Part shown: positions 60,084 through 64,000 of the stretch, one piece after another | Position numbering within the stretch: the stretch's first letter is position 1 | How the letters are laid out: every line of letters starts with the position of its first letter | Origin: Halorarum halobium | GTDB lineage: Archaea > Halobacteriota > Halobacteria > Halobacteriales > Haloferacaceae | Length of the DNA stretch: 64,000 nt | NCBI RefSeq assembly: GCF_032116555.1 | Contig: NZ_CP134949.1 | Coordinates: forward strand, 2,728,001-2,792,000 | Direction of reading: 5' to 3' | Program-made: the position numbers and the translations under genes | Notes under the pieces: generated by a model | What the model saw: only the letters and a program-made list of their open reading frames with translations | Databases searched by the model: none | Told to the model about the DNA's origin: nothing

Positions 60084-61436
60084 TCAGTGCCGCTCCGGGC
60101 TCCCCTTCAGATACTCCCGCAGCAGCGTCGTCGCGTACGACCCCGACGGCAGCGCGAACGAGAACACCGGGTCGCCCTCGCGCTCCGCGACCGCGAGGTC
60201 GGTCGTCAGTGCGATGGCCCGCCGCGTTCCGGTCGACTCGAACTCGCCCGGGAGCGCGAAGTCCGCCCGCCCGACGTCCAGTTCCGCGAACACCTCGCGT
60301 TCGATCTCGCCAGGTTCGCCGTCCGCGAACTCGGTGTCGGTGCCGACGAGCGGCGCGGTGACGAACGCCCGACCGCGCTCGCAGTGGCGCGCGAGGACGT
60401 CGACCCGACCCTCGGTGGCGCGCTGAACCCTGTCCGTGTCCGGCTTGGGGAATTTCACGTCGCGCTCGGCGAAGCAACAGACGTCGCCCTCGACGGGGCG
60501 GTGGAACGGCAGGCCGCGCCGGAGGCGCTCGCTGAGGATCCTGTTGAACGCGTACGACTGCGCGGCGTTGACGAACAGCCGCTGGAGGTTCGAGGGGACG
60601 GCCTCCAGCGTCTCGCGCCAGTCGGCCCCCTCCGCGAGCCGGTGGAGCATCGACCGCTCGTAGCGCAGTCGACCGGGCATCGCGTCGAGCGCGGCGCTCC
60701 AGTCCGTGTCGGCCGCGTCGGCCTCGCGCTCGACGACGTTCCTGGCGGCTTGCGAGCCCTCGGGTTCCGTCTCGTAGGGGTTGCCGACGTACGCGAGCAC
60801 CGCGCCGCGCCAGTCGCCCCGGAGGACGTGCAGGCCGACCTCGTGGGTGACGGGCCGCCTGCTGCCGAACCGCTGGTGGCCGAAGTAGTTCGGGACGGCG
60901 ACCTCGGCGGGCGCGTCCGCGGATTCATCGAGCCCCTCGCCGTCGTCCCCGGCGAACGCTCGGAGGTCGGCGGTGATGGGGGCGGGGTCGCCCGCCGCGT
61001 CGCGGACGCGGATCTCGAACTCGTTGCCCGCGAGGTCGCCGAAGGTGAGGGCTCGACCCACCCGGCCGAGCACCTCGACGTCGGCGTTCCGGACCTCGGG
61101 AATCCGCTCGGGGTCGACGTCCCGGACCGTGAACAGCTGTGTCGTCACGGCGTGCTTGTCCTTCGTTCCGGCCCAGGAGACGCGCTCGCGGCTGATTCCC
61201 AGGTCGTCGGAGAGCCGCCCGGCGAAGTCGTTCGTGTCCCAGCCGCGCAGCGTCGCCCGGAGGAGGACGTGCGGGTACGAGCCGGGGTCCGAGTCGACGG
61301 GCTCTGGCACCATCCGCTCGCGCTCGCGGACGACGAAGTCCTCGGGCTCCTCGCGGAGGTGGCCGCCGATGCCGTCGGCGTCGCTGACGTAGAAGTCGAC
61401 GCCGACGACCCGTTCGCGGGGGTGGGCCTCGCGCAT
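60084..61436 (-). CDS. truD: tRNA pseudouridine(13) synthase
   Basis: [46 protein letters not shown] 61436. Confidence 0.95.
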   Translation of the reverse strand: MREAHPRERVVGVDFYVSDADGIGGHLREEPEDFVVRERERMVPEPVDSDPGSYPHVLLRATLRGWDTNDFAGRLSDDLGISRERVSWAGTKDKHAVTTQLFTVRDVDPERIPEVRNADVEVLGRVGRALTFGDLAGNEFEIRVRDAAGDPAPITADLRAFAGDDGEGLDESADAPAEVAVPNYFGHQRFGSRRPVTHEVGLHVLRGDWRGAVLAYVGNPYETEPEGSQAARNVVEREADAADTDWSAALDAMPGRLRYERSMLHRLAEGADWRETLEAVPSNLQRLFVNAAQSYAFNRILSERLRRGLPFHRPVEGDVCCFAERDVKFPKPDTDRVQRATEGRVDVLARHCERGRAFVTAPLVGTDTEFADGEPGEIEREVFAELDVGRADFALPGEFESTGTRRAIALTTDLAVAEREGDPVFSFALPSGSYATTLLREYLKGSPERH

Positions 61437-61774
61437 CAGTACAGCGGCAGGTCGCCGGTCACCTTGTCGACGACGTCGTCCCGGCCCGGACCGACCGCGA
61501 GCGCGGTGACGGTGCCCGGGTCGAGCTGGGTGTGCCCGGCGTCGCGGACGACGGCGTACGGCAGCCCCTCGCGCTCGGCGACGTCGGCGAGTTCGAACAG
61601 CTGCGACTCGCTCTGGCCCTTGAGGACGACCTTCTTTTGCCCCTCGCCCTTCCACTCCTTGCGGGTTCTCCGGTCGGCGTCCTCGTACGCCGAGAGGGCG
61701 GCGTGTGCCACCTGTGCGGCGAGCTTGCCCGTCCCCATCCCGATGTCGGTCCGGGCGACGATGGCCTGTTTCAT
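61436..61774 (-). CDS. pth2: Peptidyl-tRNA hydrolase Pth2
   Basis: [29 protein letters not shown]. Confidence 0.96.
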   Translation of the reverse strand: MKQAIVARTDIGMGTGKLAAQVAHAALSAYEDADRRTRKEWKGEGQKKVVLKGQSESQLFELADVAEREGLPYAVVRDAGHTQLDPGTVTALAVGPGRDDVVDKVTGDLPLY

Positions 61775-62090
61775 GGTTCGTGGGTGGTTCCGGGCGGGGT
61801 ATAGGTGCTGTTATCCGTATGGGTTGATTTCGGCTCGTTTCGTGGTTGGACGACGTTTTCGATGAGGGGGGCTGGCTCGAACGATCTCGTGGCTCGGTCG
61901 GTCGGTGTGGCCCACGCCTCGAAAGCCCCCGTGGGTGTCGGCTCTTCCGTCGGCTCATTCGGCACCACGACCGCCTGGAAAGCGTGCGTCACGGTGACCA
62001 AACCGACGACCGAGCCCAGAACCACGGATACGATCCGGACCGTGAACGAGTCACAAAACCCATACCGGAGCCACGAAACGCACACCGCAA

Positions 62091-62819
62091 ATGAGCGGTC
62101 CCCGAACGCCCCTCCTCCGTCCAGGGTCGTACTTCGAATCACACGACGGCTCCCCGCCAGTGGCGGACGCCGCCATCGCCGTCGCGGTCGTCGCGGCCCT
62201 TACGGCCGGCGGCGTCGGCCTGTTCCTCGGCGAGTTCGCGGCCTCCGTCGACGCGACCGTCGAGATGGACAATCCCGAGCACCGGCCCGAGTGGGCCTGC
62301 GAGAACTACGAGAACATGGACGTCTCGACGCCGTCCGGCTGTGGCTCGTCCGTCCCCGAGACGGTCGACCGGGACCTGGGCACGCTCGTCGCCGAGGAGC
62401 TCTCGTGGCTCCCCTGGGCGACCCTGTTCGTCGTTCCCGTCTTCTGGCTGTTCCAGGCCGGCGTGCTCCACGCGCTGACCGCGATGGCCGGCGGCGAGGG
62501 GTCGTTCGCCGGCACGCTCTCGGTCGCCGGTTGGGGGATGGTGCCCAGCATCGCACGGCTGCTCGGCGTCGGCGCGGTGATCCTCTACCAGCTTCGCACG
62601 ACGCCGGTTCCGGGCTCGCCAGAAGGGGCCGTCGCCGCGCTGGAGGCCGCACTCGCCGGGCTGGGAACGATCTCCATCGGTGCCGCGCTCGTGGTGGCCG
62701 TCTGGGGCGGGTACGTGCGGACGTACGGGCTCGCGTCCGCCCGCGACGTCTCGTTCGACGAGGCGCTCATCATCGTCGCCGCGACGACACTCGTCGGGCT
62801 CGGCTTCGAGCTGGTCTGA
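62091..62819 (+). CDS. Yip1-family membrane protein
   Basis: P..YF N-terminus, GGEGSF..TL...GW, about 5 TM. Confidence 0.75.
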   Translation: MSGPRTPLLRPGSYFESHDGSPPVADAAIAVAVVAALTAGGVGLFLGEFAASVDATVEMDNPEHRPEWACENYENMDVSTPSGCGSSVPETVDRDLGTLVAEELSWLPWATLFVVPVFWLFQAGVLHALTAMAGGEGSFAGTLSVAGWGMVPSIARLLGVGAVILYQLRTTPVPGSPEGAVAALEAALAGLGTISIGAALVVAVWGGYVRTYGLASARDVSFDEALIIVAATTLVGLGFELV

Positions 62820-62877
62820 TCGGCCGGCCCGGGACGGAGCGGTAGGGTTTACGTCGCCGCGTAACGGTCATCGTGAC

Positions 62878-63495
62878 ATGATACTGGCCGACACCGACAT
62901 CCTCGCGCGCCTCCGCGACGGGGACCTCGTGGTCGACCCGCTCGCGGACGTGGACATGCAGGTACAGCCCGCGAGCATCGACCTCCGACTCGGCCCGGAG
63001 TTCCTCGAGTTCCGGCGGACGAACATCCCCTGTATCCACCCGAACGACGAGCGCGAGGTCGACGAGTACGTGACCCAGACGCACGTCCCCGAGGGCGAGG
63101 ACTTCATCCTCCACCCCGGCGACTTCGTGCTCGGCACGACGAAGGAGCGCGTCGAGATCCCAGACGACCTCGTGGCTCACGTCGAGGGGCGCTCCTCGCT
63201 GGGCCGCCTCGCCATCGTCGTCCACGCGACCGCCGGCCTCTGTGACCCCGGCTACCGGGGCCAGATCACCCTCGAACTGTCGAACCTCGGCAACGCGCCC
63301 GTCGCGCTCTCGCCGGGCATGCGCGTCTCACAGCTCACCTTCACGGAGCTGAAATCGCCCGCGGACCGCCCGTACGGCAGCGAGCGCGGATCGAAGTATC
63401 AGGGCCAGTCCGGCCCGCAGGCCTCGCGCATCGGCGACGACCCGGAGTTCGTGGAGAACGGCCCCGAGGACGTCGACGGAACGGCGGTGGAGTAG
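62878..63495 (+). CDS. dcd: dCTP deaminase
   Basis: [36 protein letters not shown]. Confidence 0.95.
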   Translation: MILADTDILARLRDGDLVVDPLADVDMQVQPASIDLRLGPEFLEFRRTNIPCIHPNDEREVDEYVTQTHVPEGEDFILHPGDFVLGTTKERVEIPDDLVAHVEGRSSLGRLAIVVHATAGLCDPGYRGQITLELSNLGNAPVALSPGMRVSQLTFTELKSPADRPYGSERGSKYQGQSGPQASRIGDDPEFVENGPEDVDGTAVE

Positions 63496-63496
63496 C

Positions 63497-64000
63497 GTGC
63501 GGTTCATCGAGGAGATCGTCGTCGAGGAGTTCCTCCCGACGGTGCGGTCGATGCTCGCCGGGGAACTCCGCGACCGTGGGCTCACCCAGCGGGAGGTCGC
63601 CGACGTGCTCGGAATTAGCCAGTCGGCAGTCTCGAAGTACGCCCACGGCGAGGTCGGCAGACGGGAGGAGATCCTCCGCGACGAGCGCGTCGTGGCGCTC
63701 GTCGAGCGGGTCGCGGACGGCCTCGCCTCGGGGGACATGAGCCCTGTCGCGGCGCTGGTCGAGTTCGAGGTGCTCGTGCGCGAACTGGAGGACGGCGACG
63801 TGCTCGCGGAACTCCACGAGGAGGCGATGCCGGAACTCGCGGACGCCGAGTACGACTTCGTGGTCCACGACCCCGACAGCGCGCTCCGCGAGCGCGAGCG
63901 GACGCTCGCCTCGCTCCGGCGCGGCCTGCGGACGCTCACCAACACCTCCGGGTTCGCGGGGCTCATCCCGCACGTCGGCTCGAACCTCGTCGAGTGTCTC
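63497..64000 (+). CDS. thiR: HTH-ThiN regulator (ThiR-like), truncated by the window end
   Basis: Manual translation VRFIEEIVVEEFLPTVRSMLA..L...GLTQREVADVLGISQSAVSKY...LIPHVGSNL; follows dcd. Confidence 0.8.
   Translation, partial: MRFIEEIVVEEFLPTVRSMLAGELRDRGLTQREVADVLGISQSAVSKYAHGEVGRREEILRDERVVALVERVADGLASGDMSPVAALVEFEVLVRELEDGDVLAELHEEAMPELADAEYDFVVHDPDSALRERERTLASLRRGLRTLTNTSGFAGLIPHVGSNLVECL

Noticed and set aside
35526..63973. Many long overlapping ORFs in the GC-rich half (e.g. 52530-55058 +, 57927-59933 -, 41826-43739 +, 60063-61865 +)
   Set aside because: Arg/Gly/Pro-rich shadow frames of genes with clear motifs; expected at high GC.
1..64000. CRISPR array, tRNA or rRNA genes
   Set aside because: No regularly spaced direct repeats and no cloverleaf or rRNA signature seen by eye, including at the island border; a tRNAscan run would be needed to exclude them fully.

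Overview
Haloarchaeal chromosome window (acidic proteins, rpoP, eL43, pcc1, prefoldin) with two compartments. Bases ~1-35,270 are an AT-richer accessory island that looks like a decaying integrated plasmid/ICE with defence cargo. It begins with a preQ0 (7-deazaguanine) synthesis operon, queD-queE-folE-queC. Directly after it, on the same strand, is a tightly coupled five-gene operon: PglZ-type phosphoesterase, unknown 331-aa protein, 1254-aa P-loop ATPase with a coiled-coil/CxxC tail, Zn-finger DEAH helicase and a free-standing DUF1998 protein. No methyltransferase is present in the window. This is the best candidate for an undescribed system, a BREX/Dpd-like hybrid that may mark self DNA with 7-deazaguanine; the required transglycosylase is not visible here, so the link is inferred. 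The rest of the island holds cdc6 and tfb pseudogenes, a probable TA pair, three coupled membrane genes, an OB-fold ssDNA-binding protein, PD-(D/E)XK-like, OLD and PIN-like nucleases, a dead IS5 element and a coupling-protein-like ATPase. Bases ~35,270-64,000 are GC-rich housekeeping genes. A dispersed structured repeat with covarying stems occurs in both compartments. All family calls come from motif reading by eye; no database searches were run.
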